Assembly: GCA_951406725.2 (NCBI GenBank)
Contig: OX597837.1
Span: forward strand, 46,872,001 to 46,936,000
Length of the DNA: 64,000 nucleotides
Origin: Octopus vulgaris
Taxonomy: Eukaryota
Direction of reading: 5' to 3'
The notes beneath the pieces are model-generated. The model worked only from the letters and a program-made list of their open reading frames with translations, did no database searches and was not told the DNA's origin. Shown here one piece after another: positions 12,191 through 24,110 of the stretch. The translations under genes were made by a program, and so were the position numbers. Every line of letters starts with the position of its first letter. The stretch's first letter is position 1.

Positions 12191-15100
12191 GTAATTTAGA
12201 CAATTTATTCACTGCATCCAGTTTCCATCTATCAGTTCCACTCACAAAGTTTTTGTTGGCCTGCGGTTATAATAGTGGGACTGAACCTGGAAACATGTGA
12301 TTGAGAAGCAAGCTTCTTACCACACAGTCATGTCTGCACATACACACACACACACACCCACCCACACACGGACATCATGGTTTTGTTTCAGCTTTCATCT
12401 AACAAATCCCCTTACAAGACTTTGGTCAGCCTAGGGCTATAATAGAAGGCTCTTGCCCAAAGTACAATGCAGTGGCACTGAACCTCAGTCCATGTGGTTG
12501 GGAAGTAAACTTCCTGCCACACACCCATGGTTTTACCCCTCCCCCCCACTGCTTGACAACCAGTGTTGGTGTGTTTACGTCCCTATAATTTAGTGATTTG
12601 GCAAAAGAGACCAATGGAGTAAGTCCTGAACTTTAAAAAAAATAAGTCCCGGCATTGATTTATTTGGCTAAAAATTTTCCATAGCCTGTTTTTGCTTGGT
12701 TTCTATGGCTAAATACTTCGATAATTGATGTGAAGCTGAAATCCAGTGTTACAGTATCTCTGCAGTTTATCATGTAGGAAGAACATGTAGCATTCTGTCT
12801 TCCGTCTCGTCTGTTCCTGTCCGTGTCAGTCTGTTATGGTTCAGTGCCAAGGTGGCTTTCATAAGACAGACTTATGGTCAAAGCTTTTCAAGTTGCAACT
12901 TGAAAAGCTTATTTCTTTCTTAATCTTAATCTTTTTAAGACTTACATTATCCAGTTTATTTCTTTGACTTTTAAGACTAAATAGAATCTCATTTTAGGGA
13001 GATTTGATGAATCTTTTCTGTTTAGCTTCACTTTTTGAAACTTTAGAATTGAGTAAAAATTTTCAAATTTGGTATATCTTGTTATTCACAAGTTTCAGAA
13101 AATATTTGATAGTTTTTACCCACAACTAATCATAGCAGTTTAAGAGGGATCCTCTGTTTTCTCTCTTGCCATTCTAGAAATAGCAGCCAAAACCTACTGT
13201 ATCCTAAATTGTATCCTACTGTCTGAGAAATACAGAACATGTTGAATAAATTCTAGATATATAAATTCTGAATAAAGGATGGGAAGGTCATGGCTAGAAT
13301 ACCTTGGATTATATGGTTGCTTGATCAATGCTAACACGGGAGCATTAATGGGATTGTTGTTTAACACCAGGTCAGCCCTGGTTGAGCAGACTTATAATTT
13401 GAGATGTCCAACCTGTGATCGTTCCAATTTATATTTTCAGATATATCTGGAACTATAGTTTATGATATACCCTTCTTTATTTAAGATTTTATTTGTGTGC
13501 CCTTTTCAAGCCTAGCTAGGCTCATGGGCCCAGTTTCCCAGTTTCTATGGTGTATGTGTTCCCCCCTAGCTGGACGGGATGCCAGTCCATCGCAGCATTA
13601 CTTGAGAAACAGGAAGAAAAAGTGAAAGTTGGGGCAAAAGGGGTCACCACCACCCCTGGCGGAGCCTCATGGAGCTTTTAGGTGTTTTCGCTCAATAAAC
13701 ATACACAACACCCGGTCTGGGAATTGAAACTGTGATCCTCCAACTGTGAGTCCGCTGCCCTAACCACTGGGCCATTGCGCCTCCACTTTTTAGTTAAGAT
13801 AGTAAAGTATAATTTGAAGATTTGGTACTTATGTGTAGTAAGTTGAATGAGCAGGTAGAGAGTCCCTGTTTGTCTTGGTGGGCACACATGACTACATTAT
13901 CCAGTATATATTTTTTAAGATGGTACTGTGTGATCTGAGGGAGGTTTGGCTACTGTTTCTAGCAGGTTGAGTGACCACCAAGAGGTTCCCTATGGGCTGC
14001 AGAGGGGGCAGCTTTGCTGTGATTTGATCTGAGGGGACAAAGGTCAACAGAAGTTTGAGAACAGTAAGGTTCCTTATTTATTGAATAGGTCTTCAAAGTT
14101 CAGCCTTTGAGACAACAACATAGAGGGGCCAGTGTCAGTAAAGTAGATGGGGATTCAGAGAAAAAAGGGAGAAAGATCAACAAATATCTCTTCCCCACCC
14201 CCACCAACAAGAATAAATATAAATAAATCCCTAAACTGTTAGGAGAACCCTTATTATGAAATGTTCTAAGGTCTCTCTCTCCCCCTCTCTCTCTTCAGGG
14301 AGTGTTTAAAAAGAAAAAGGTTAAATGTCACCATTATCATCCCCATCCTTGTAGCCCTCCTCCTCCTCCTACTCACCATCATCATCATCATCATCATCAT
14401 TACCAACAACAACAGCAGCAGCACCCTTGAAGTCTTTGGAATCCTCAATCATTATCATCATCATCATCATTATCAACATTATTATAGCCACTGATGCTGT
14501 TATCATTTGCTTCCACCATCATTGAAACACACACACACACACACATTGTGTGTGTGGATGTGCATGTGTAAGATATATATATATATATATATACATACAT
14601 GCATGCATACATACATATATACACACACACATACATATACATACTTTTCTCTTATTTTTATATATAGCAACATAATTGATATTGGAAGGTGAACACTTAT
14701 GTGCAAAGGTCAGATGGAAGAAAATGGAGACAAGTCAGGGTTTAATGTAGTAAATTGGCAGAATCGGTGGAGTCTGGATTGACTCTCTCCTTCCTGAGTT
14801 CAAATCCTGCTGACGTCAACTTTGCCTTTCATCCTTTTTTTGTAGTGGAGTCGATAAGAAAGTGTTCCAATTCAAGATGGTAGCTTAACAGAACTGTGTT
14901 AGAGGGTTAGTCTCATATCTATATCTTCTACCTTTTACTTGTTTCAGTAATTAGACTGTGGCCATGCTGGGGCACTGCCTTGAAGAATTTTTAGTTGAAT
15001 GAATTGATCCCAGTGCTTATATTTTTTTAAAGCCTATATTTCTATCAATCTCTTTTTCTGAACTTCTAAGTTACCAGCATGTAAGCACACCATCACTGGT

Positions 15101-15669
15101 TGTCAAGCAGTAGTAGGGGTCAAACACAAAGACACACACACACACACACACACATCTGCATGCGACGGGTTTCTTTCAGTTTCCGTCTATCTAATCCACT
15201 CACAAAGCATTGGTCTATCTGAGGCTACAGTAGAGGACACTTGCCCAAGGTGCCATGCAATGGGACTGAACCCTGAACCATGTGGCTGGGAAACTAGCTT
15301 CTTACCCACACAACCACGCCTGCACCTATATAAAAAAAAAAAAAGGTGAAGTGGTGTCTAGATCAATCAAGTTATTAAACAACAACCACAAAAATTTTCT
15401 TCCAAAAAAATAGATTTACTCAAAGTGATACGATTCTTGTCTCCTAATAGAATGAGATGTTATTAAAACTTTAAAACTTTATTAAACATTCTGTCATGTT
15501 ACCCATTTGAGTAATAATGTTGGGAGAATACTTTTGTCTCTGTGGAAAAGATCAGAGTTCTATTTATGTAGGTACAATAATAATCTTAGTATTTTCAGAT
15601 TTCACAGTGTTTATACAAAATAAATGAAATTTTCAGAATTGCATTATTAAATTAAAATTAAATTCACCA

Positions 15670-15913
15670 GTGGCATGTGTAAAAGATTCGAGCGAGGTCG
15701 TTGCCAGTACCTCTTGACTGGCCCCATGCCGGTGGCATGTAAAAGCACCCACTACACTCTCAGAGTGGTTGGCATTAGGAAGGGCATCCAGCTGTGGAAA
15801 CTCTGCCAGATCAAGATTGGAGCCTGGTGCAGCCATCTGGTTTGCCAGACCTCAGTCACATCGTCCAACCCATACTAGCATGGAAAGCGGATGTTAAACG
15901 ATGATGATGATGA
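15670..15913 (+). mobile_element. Short RTE 3'-end copy (others at about 7722-8130 -, 16690-16890 -, 22315-22545 -, 34714-34955 -, 41601-41870 -, 52389-52617 -, 62994-63325 -)
   Basis: Shared terminus cactacactc..gagtggttggc.ttaggaagggcatccagc ... ccaacccatgctagcatggaaagcggacgttaaac(gat)n. Confidence 0.85.
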
Positions 15914-16099
15914 AACAAAATCTTTATTTGTATATTTGTAATAAAAATATGTTCCTCTCTTCTATGGTTGTTTAACTCCTGATACAGTTGTAGAAGTACC
16001 GTGATATATGGCAGATTTCGGGTATTTTAAACAGAATGTAAAAGATGGAGAGAGAGAGAGAGAGAGACCAAAATGTTGTCTTTCAGTGTTCTTGTTTTT

Positions 16100-16680
16100 G
16101 CAATTAATGGGTTTATGTCAGACAACTCTCGTCAGTCACGTGTAGGTCAGATCAGATCTGGCTATCAGCTGAGTCTATAGTAAAATAGATTTGCCACCTT
16201 CCTTCAGTTAGAGAAGGGCAGTAAGTTTACCTGGTGATGGAGACGAATGATGCATGATGGACACGTTTGAAAGGTTTGAAGACTGGGTTTTTGTTTTCTA
16301 TCTGGCCAAGCTCTCATCAGTTGCTTTCAATAGAAACTTGTTACTAGTTCAAACATGCTTGAAGCATATTTGAACCCATAACAAAGCTATTCACTGTGTT
16401 TCATCATGAGCTGCTGAACAGTGCAACCAGACATTGAATGATGATGGGACTATCATAAGAGAGATTATGTCTCTTGTGTTGGCTTACAGCATCTCTCTGT
16501 TCCAGTTCCTCTGGCTGAAGTGGAGACAACCACTCCAAAATGCTTGCATCCCACATGCTAGTCAGGTGACACCGAATTGGTTCAGCGTCCTTACTCTTGT
16601 TTGTCTGCAGTGAAAAATTTTCTCCATCACAAAATACAGTGAATGGCTTCCTTACAGGTTCAAAGGCATCTCAAACATAT
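16100..16680 (-). mobile_element. Highly decayed RTE-like LINE fragment
   Basis: Weak, fragmented similarity to the RTE post-RT region; many stops. Confidence 0.35.
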
Positions 16681-19232
16681 TTCAACTCACATCATCATCA
16701 TCATCGTTTAACGTCCACTTTCCATGCTAGCATGGGTTGGACGGTTTGACTGAGGGCTGGCGAACCAGATGGCTGCACTAAGCTCCAGTCTTGATCTGGC
16801 AGAGTTTCTAATGCCAACCACTGGCAATGACCTCGCTTGAATCTTTTTACACATGCCAACGGCACAGGTGCCAGTAAGGTGATGCTGGTAATGTGGGGTT
16901 TTTGTCCTGAAATATTCTAAGCGTCCCCCCCCTCCCGGATTGAGGAATTTCCCTTCTTGAAATTCTATATCTTCTGTCTTTGTTCACTTCTAGTTAAACA
17001 ATGTAAAGACCACCTTTTGTGTGTTGCATTTTGTCCTTCAATTGTCCTCCCTGTCCTTGGCCTTGTAAGCAATGAAAGATATCATCATCATCATCATCAG
17101 TGTTATTATTATATTTATGCCATGACAAATATGTTCGGCTGCTTTTTTTTAATTTTCCAAAACTGGAATGTGAAAGATGTGTATTTAGTTAGAGCTGGCC
17201 TCTATACAAACATACCTGTATTTATCTCGGCTTACTTATATTTTTTGTTTTATTGTTGACCCTTTTTCTTCTTCCGGCTGTCTCTCTCACACCTTTGCAA
17301 TTTTTTTCTCTCTGTTTCATTTATTTGAATGTTTTTGTTTTTTTTTCAACCTGCATTTTTATTTCTTTTGGTTAAATCATTTCATTTACTCATTGCAATG
17401 TGTGCTTCCATACTTAACCTGTCGGGTGGGGGGTACTTACTCTTAACCCATCCAGCCATACTTAATCTTCTGTGCACCCTTTGTCCTTTTTCTTATCAGC
17501 ACAGGTAAACCAACTTTATGAGTTAGTACCAACAAATTTGTTTTTCTTGTGACATCCGTGGCACACTCTGCTTGCGTGTGTGAGTGAGTGTTCTCTCACC
17601 CTGTTATGGAAAAGCTAACTAATATAAATTTTAGTTTAGCTGATGTATATGGGTATCCTTGGCTTCTGAGGTCATGGAAACTCTACTATGAGTGTTTTGA
17701 GCTCTCATTGACCCATAAGATCTCATTGATGCCCAAGAATTGGATATTGATTAAATGATTTGTAAAACCTGTGAGGTAGACTGAGTGGAGGGGACAAGTG
17801 GAAGAGGAGATTGGGAGGATTGGCTTGAGAAGGGAGGACACCCAAAATTGGGCAAGACGGTGTGAGGGCAGTTGCTATGTCATTGAGGTAGATCTGGTCA
17901 CCCTCGTTAATGGGGTCAAAACCCGAATTCAAAAAAAAAAATGAGGAAAAGAGAAGAAATACACACTCACGCATGAGTGTGTATGTGGTTCTCTCCCACC
18001 ACCTCTTGACAACCAGTGTTGGTATGTTTATGTCCTGTAACTTAGTGGTTCAGCAAAAGAAACTGATAGAACAAGTACCAGGCTTAACAGAAATAAAAAA
18101 AAAAGTACTGGGGTCTAATTACTGAAACAATTAGAAGGGAACCAGTAATCGAATTCTAGTGGAATCATAAACTTCACCATCTGAAAAGTATTTGTAGAAA
18201 ATTTCATTAATAAACATCCATTTGTCTGGAAGTTATGAGGAAACAAATTCCGTGGGGAACCCCTGCGTGCCACAACAGCAATAACATCATCAACAATATC
18301 AATAATAATTACTACAGTAATAGCAACACTATCAACAATCAGCAACTACATTAATACACGACAATAACAACAGCAACAATAACAACATTATTAGACCAAC
18401 CACATTACTGACAACAACAATAAGGTCCCCCCCCGCCCCCCCGAGATCCATATCTTGTGAACAACAACAAAAACTACAACAATATTTATTACCGTAACTA
18501 CTATAAAGTTTTATTAGTTTTTATACCAAACATGTAACTAATGCAGATATTTGTGCCATACACATGGATGCTAAACACACCCTAATACATATACATCTAC
18601 CCTTACAGACACGCAGACATCCAACCACCTTAACACACACACACACACACGCACACGAACACACCCTAACACACATCACACACTTATTAACATTTGCTTA
18701 GCCACAAACCCCGGCTGTTGTTTATTTTCGGTTTTGGTGAGACAAGACAGACATCACCACAGGGAGTGGTGATGTATATGTCATATTGTCTTCACACACA
18801 CACATACACATATATAATAATGATCTCTCTCTTTTTCTCACTGGCATTCACCTTCATAAACATACAGACTCTGCATACCATGACACTCTTATAGACACAC
18901 ACACACACACACACACACACGTTGTTACAGACACACATCTCCCAGCTGGATATTATTTTGTTGATTTGTTACTAGCAAGAAGGAATAAAAACCATTCAGC
19001 TCAACAACATCCAAGTACCACCTGTCTGCTTTGCTGTTATATAAAAATAATACACACACACAAACACACACACAAACACACACACATATATATACTGTGT
19101 TAGTTTTAACTTTAACATAGTAAATTCGAAATACTGGACAGATATATACCTGGATATACTAACGGATAAGGACAACCAGGGGAGCAAGAAAAAGCTTTAA
19201 AGAAATAGTAGTGTGAGGGATAAAGAGAAAGA

Positions 19233-19314
19233 ATGGATAAAAAGAGAAAAAGACATGGGAAACTTCTTCGGATGTTTAAAACAGCATTACTTACAAAGTG
19301 TATTTGTGAACAAG
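19233..19314 (+). CDS. Candidate alternative first coding exon for the SH2D4-like gene (MDKKRKRHGKLLRMFKTALLTKCICEQ-G)
   Basis: ATG at 19233 is open to a perfect AAG|GTAAGT donor at 19314/19315 in phase 1, matching the acceptor at 31273. No homology to the known SH2D4 N-terminus. Confidence 0.35.
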
Positions 19315-20046
19315 GTAAGTAAAAGATAGGGATTTTTATAAGGTCCTTAACCCTTTGCCTGTCCAAAGTTTGTCCTAAATGTCCATGTTTGTTTTCAGGT
19401 TTTTAGTTAACCTTTGTCTCATATGTTTTGAGTGATATAAAGTTTCCCAAAGTTCCAAGATACTCTGGCAGATGATAACAAATAATGTCTATCATATATG
19501 ATGCTTGAACATCAGGGAAACGTGTGTCACATCTGATACACAGGGCAGGCTAACAATTCATAATTAGTAATGTTATATCATTGCTCATTAATTCCAGGTG
19601 AGATCTCTTGAAGCAGGGCTTTTCAACAACAATCTTTCCATTTGTAGTCTTTCCAATTATTTTCCCTTTGACCTGTTGTTGCTCCAGCTCAGGCGTTTTT
19701 GAGAAGCCTTTTGATCTAAGACTATTCTAACCAATATGATTCCACCTATAATCTTTTGCTTGTTTCAGTCATTTGACTGCAGCCATGCTGGAGCACCGCC
19801 TTTAGTCGAGCAAATCGACCCCGGGACTTAATCTTTGTAAGCCCAGTACTTATTCTATCGGTCTCTTTTGCTGAACCGCTAAGTGATCAAAGATTATGCC
19901 GGCTGTGATCCTTGCATCTCTTTTCCTTCTTCGTTATATTTTGTCCTGGGCAACATCATCCAAGGTGTTTGCCTGCTCCTTAAGACTGAAGAATGTGAGT
20001 CTGAGGAAGATTTAGCTGCAGTTTCTTGCATTTCATTTGCTGAATG

Positions 20047-20366
20047 TATAATGTGTGTTTGTTTTTGTTTAAAACAAAACTGGAGAGTTTCTTTGTAAAG
20101 TATTTACTTCTGTCATTTTATACGTATTGCATAAAAGACCTTAAAGCCTGAGAAGCAAATTACATCATCTTGTTATGTTCGTTGATATCATAATTCTGTC
20201 TGATGTCCACTAAATGTCTTACATGTTATTTACATTTGTTAGGCAATCTCTGAAGGTTTGATAATGTAATCTATTTTAAAAAGGTTCTTCATTATATTAT
20301 TGTTTAAGAAAAACATGTTAGATATCACATAATTGAATAATTTAAGAACCAACTCTCCAGTTTTGT
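20047..20366. repeat. ~320-bp repeat with 16-bp TIRs (ACAAAACTGGAGAGTT); inverted copy at 22546-22873
   Basis: The two segments align as reverse complements along their length; each has acaaaactggagagtt ... aactctccagttttgt. Confidence 0.85.
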
Positions 20367-21198
20367 ATCTTTTCTGTCTTTACTCTGTGATATATGGAAA
20401 TCAATGAAAGGAAACTCGGACTGTGATACACAAATTCTCTTCACCTTTCTTGAGGTAAGGATGCACACGGAGTTCTAAATACTGGTTATATGTGATGCAA
20501 CTTAAGCTGCACTATATAGACACAGGTGTTCATTGTATGGCAAGAAGCTTGCTTCCCAACCACATGATTCTGTGTTCAAATCCAGTGCATGGCACCTTGG
20601 GCATCTTCTCCTATGGGGTGTGAAAGTGGGTAGGTGGGTAGCAAAAATGCAAGAAAAAATTGAAATATTTTGAAAAAAAGTTTTTCAGAATCCTAATTTC
20701 TGTTGTATGGAAAAGAGGAATACTGTCTTGGAATCAATGTAAGAAATTGTCATAAAAATGATTCTTTATAAATTGGGTTTAAATTACAAATCAACTCTCT
20801 ATCATTCTAGCATCAGTAAAGCACCAATCAGGTACTAGAGTTAATCTTCATCAGTTAACACCTTTCCTAAATTTGGGTTTCTATAGCTGGATGCTCTTCT
20901 TGACACCAGTCCCTTTACAGTTTGTGCTGGGGCCATTTCCCATGCCACCAGCACGAGTGAAATCCTCAAGTACCTTGCATGACAAGAAAAGGAATTATGC
21001 ACATGACTGTGATGTGTTCCAGATGTTCACATCAAGTTAAAATCTGTCTCAGATGTTTAGGCCCCTTAGGTCAGAGTTTATCCTGGTTTCTGTTATGTTT
21101 AACCCCTTAAGCATTTTAACCAGCCATATTTGAACAAGATATTCTATCCGTTTTAAGCTCAAACTGGTCAGATGTGATCTCTTACACCAACTTTACAA

Positions 21199-21550
21199 TC
21201 ATCATCATCATCATCATCATCGTTTAGCGTCTGCTTTCCATGCTAGCATGGGTTGTGGCTGCTGCTAGCCTTGCCTGCCCCCGTGCCGGTGGCACGTAAA
21301 AAGCACCATCTGATTGTGGCCGTTTGCCAGCCTCGTCTGGCACCTGTGCCGGTGGCACATAAAAAGCTCCATCCAATTGTGGCCGTTGCCAGCCTCGCCT
21401 GGCACCTGTGCCGGTGGTATGTGAAAAGCACCCACTACACTCTCGGAGTGGTTGGTGTTAGGAAGGGCATCCAGCCGTAGAAACATTGCCAGATCAGACT
21501 GGGCCTGGTGCAGCCTTCTGGCTTCCCAGACCCCAGTTGAACCGTCCAAC
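21199..21550. mobile_element. RTE 3'-end copy with internal inversion, nested in a TTAA-flanked MITE (21099-21680)
   Basis: Tail 21199-21255 is minus-oriented while body 21256-21550 is plus-oriented; host ends are ttaaccccttaagcatt ... aacgctaaaggattaa. Confidence 0.7.
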
Positions 21551-23715
21551 ATTGCAATATCATTCTAAAAACTCACATCATCAAAATCTCAAAGCTACAA
21601 GATAACGGATGATTAATTCAAAACAATGTGAATAAATAAGAATTCCATTTGACAGAGAAATGTGAACGCTAAAGGATTAAGTGGCTAAAATTTCAAAACT
21701 CTCCTTGTACATAATCCCACTCTCTCATAAGGTAAATCTCCAGCTGTTGCAGGTATTCATATGGAGATGAATGAAGGTACTCATATGGAAGTAAACAGAC
21801 CAAGCAACACAGCAACTAATTTCATGTCCATAGCCTTGGGTTCTCCATAAAGTCTTGTAGATTATCCTCCTCACAATTTGCTGACCACAGCAGTTTTCAT
21901 CTTTGTTGATTCGTAATCTACATTATTGGTCAGTTATTGTGCTGATGTACTTAAAAAGGAGTCTCAGTGGGGATTGGAAGTTAGCAGGAAAAAGCTAATA
22001 TTTAAGAGAAAAGGGATTGTAGTGTAATTAGTAAACTGGTCACCAGATAAGTGGCAGATACATAGTTTCAAATCCTGTCTGTCTTCCTTTTTTTGTCTAA
22101 AATTAGAAAATATGACATCATTAGAATTTTTGCAATTCATTCACGATCGGATTCATGAAGTTACTGTTTCATTCATCAAACGAAGCTGAAGCACCTTTTA
22201 TTATTGTTGGGCATTAATAGAACCTATCCCTGCTGGCACCAAGTGACTGATAGATTACTACAGTCTATTGCAGCTATAATAATCTATTACTATTTACTGT
22301 TTCAGACTCATGTTTCATCATCATCATCATCATCAGTTCGTGTCTGTTTTTCTATGCTGGCATGGGTTAGATGGCTTGACTGGAACTGGTAAACTGGCTC
22401 CAGTTTGTTCTGGCTTGGTTTCTGTGGCTGGATGACTCTCCTAATGCCAACCATTCTGTAGAATGTTCTGAGTGCCTTTTACGTGTCACCATCATGGGTA
22501 TCTTTTATGTGTCACCAGCACAGGTGCTTCTTACTTGTCCCTGGCACAAAACTGGAGAGTTGGTTCTTAAATTATCCAATTATGTTATATCTAACATGTT
22601 TTTCTTAAACAATAATATGTCATATAATGAAGAACCTTTTTAAAATAGATTACATTATCAAACCTTCAGAGATTACCTAACAACTGTAAATAACATTTAA
22701 GACATTTAGTGGACATCAGACAGAATTATAATACCAATGAACATAACAAGATGATGTAATTTTCTTCTAAGGCTTTAAGGTCTTTTATGCAACACACGTA
22801 AAATGACAGAAGTAAATACTTTACAAACAAACTCTCCAGTTTTGTTTTAAACAAAAACAAACACCCATTATATATACATATATACATCTATCTATAAATA
22901 TATATATATATATATATATTCTTCTTTTACTTGATTCAGTCATTTGACTGTGGCCATGCTGAAGCACTGCCTTAAAGGGTGTTAGTCGAAGAAATCGATC
23001 CCAGGACTTATTCTTTGTAAGCCAAATACTTATTCTATCAATCTCTTTTGCTGAACTGCTAAATTATGGGGAAATAAACACACCAGCATCAGTTGTTAAG
23101 CGATGGGGGGGAGGCAAAACACAGACACACAAATATACATGCATATACACACACATATATATGGCCATGACTACAATTTCACTTAGCTTGATGTGTCTTC
23201 AGAAGCACAGCAAATCACCAAAGGTCTCAGCCGTTTGTCATCACCTCCATGAGGAGACTCAACACCCGAACAGCATGAACAACATAAAAGTAATCTTAGC
23301 AGATCATTTATATCATCGTGTGTCCACTCTTCTATGCTTGCATTGGTCAGACAGAATTTGTTGAGGCAGGTTTTCTACAGCCGGTTGCCTTTCCTGTTGC
23401 CAACCTTCATTTGTTTCCAAGCCAGGTAATATTTTCTGTTACCTGGACACATTTTATCACAGAAGACTGGAAACAATCTCACCTGTATGATGATGATGAT
23501 GATGTCCATTTACAACCATCATGTGATGTGAAGACAAAAGTACACATACACATAACAGGCTTCTTTCAGTTTCCATCTACCAAATCCACTCACAAGGCTT
23601 TGGTCAGCCCAAGACTATTATAGAAGACACTTATCCAAGGTGCCATGCAGTGGGACTGAACTCAGAACCATGTGGTTGAGAAGCAAGCTTCTTACCACAT
23701 AGCCACATATTTATT

Positions 23716-24110
23716 ACTCTTTTACTCGTTTCAGTCATTTGACTGCGTCCATGCTGGAGCACCGCCTTTAGTCGAGCAAATCTATCCCAGGACTTATTCT
23801 TTGTAAGCCTAGTACTTATTCTATCGGTCTCTTTGCCAACCACAAAATTAAGGGGACGTAAACACACCAGCATTGGTTATGAATCAATGGCAGGGGGACA
23901 AATACAAACACATAAACATATACACACATATGTACATACATATTTACGATGGGCTTCTTTTAGTTTCCATCAACCAAATCCACTCACAAGGCTTTGGTCC
24001 ACCTGAGGCTATAGTAGAAGACACTTGGCCAAGGTGCCACACAGTGGGACTGAACCCGGAACCATGTGGTTGGTAACAAAGCTACTTACCACACAGCCAC
24101 TCCTGCGCCT
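23716..24110 (-). mobile_element. tRNA-derived SINE family B, near full-length (others: 4590-4905 -, 14930-15330 -, 51755-52150 +, 52795-53160 +, 62358-62755 +)
   Basis: Head ggcgcaggagtggctgtgtggtaag...gggttcagtccc, body ggcaccttgggcaagtgtcttctactatagc, internal microsatellite, tail gcatggccgcagtcaaatgactgaaac. Confidence 0.85.

Noticed and set aside
20405-20455. ATG...GAG|GTAAGG mini-exon (MKGNSDCDTQILFTFLE)
   Set aside because: Phase 0 end is incompatible with the SH2D4 acceptor at 31273 and there is no homology support.
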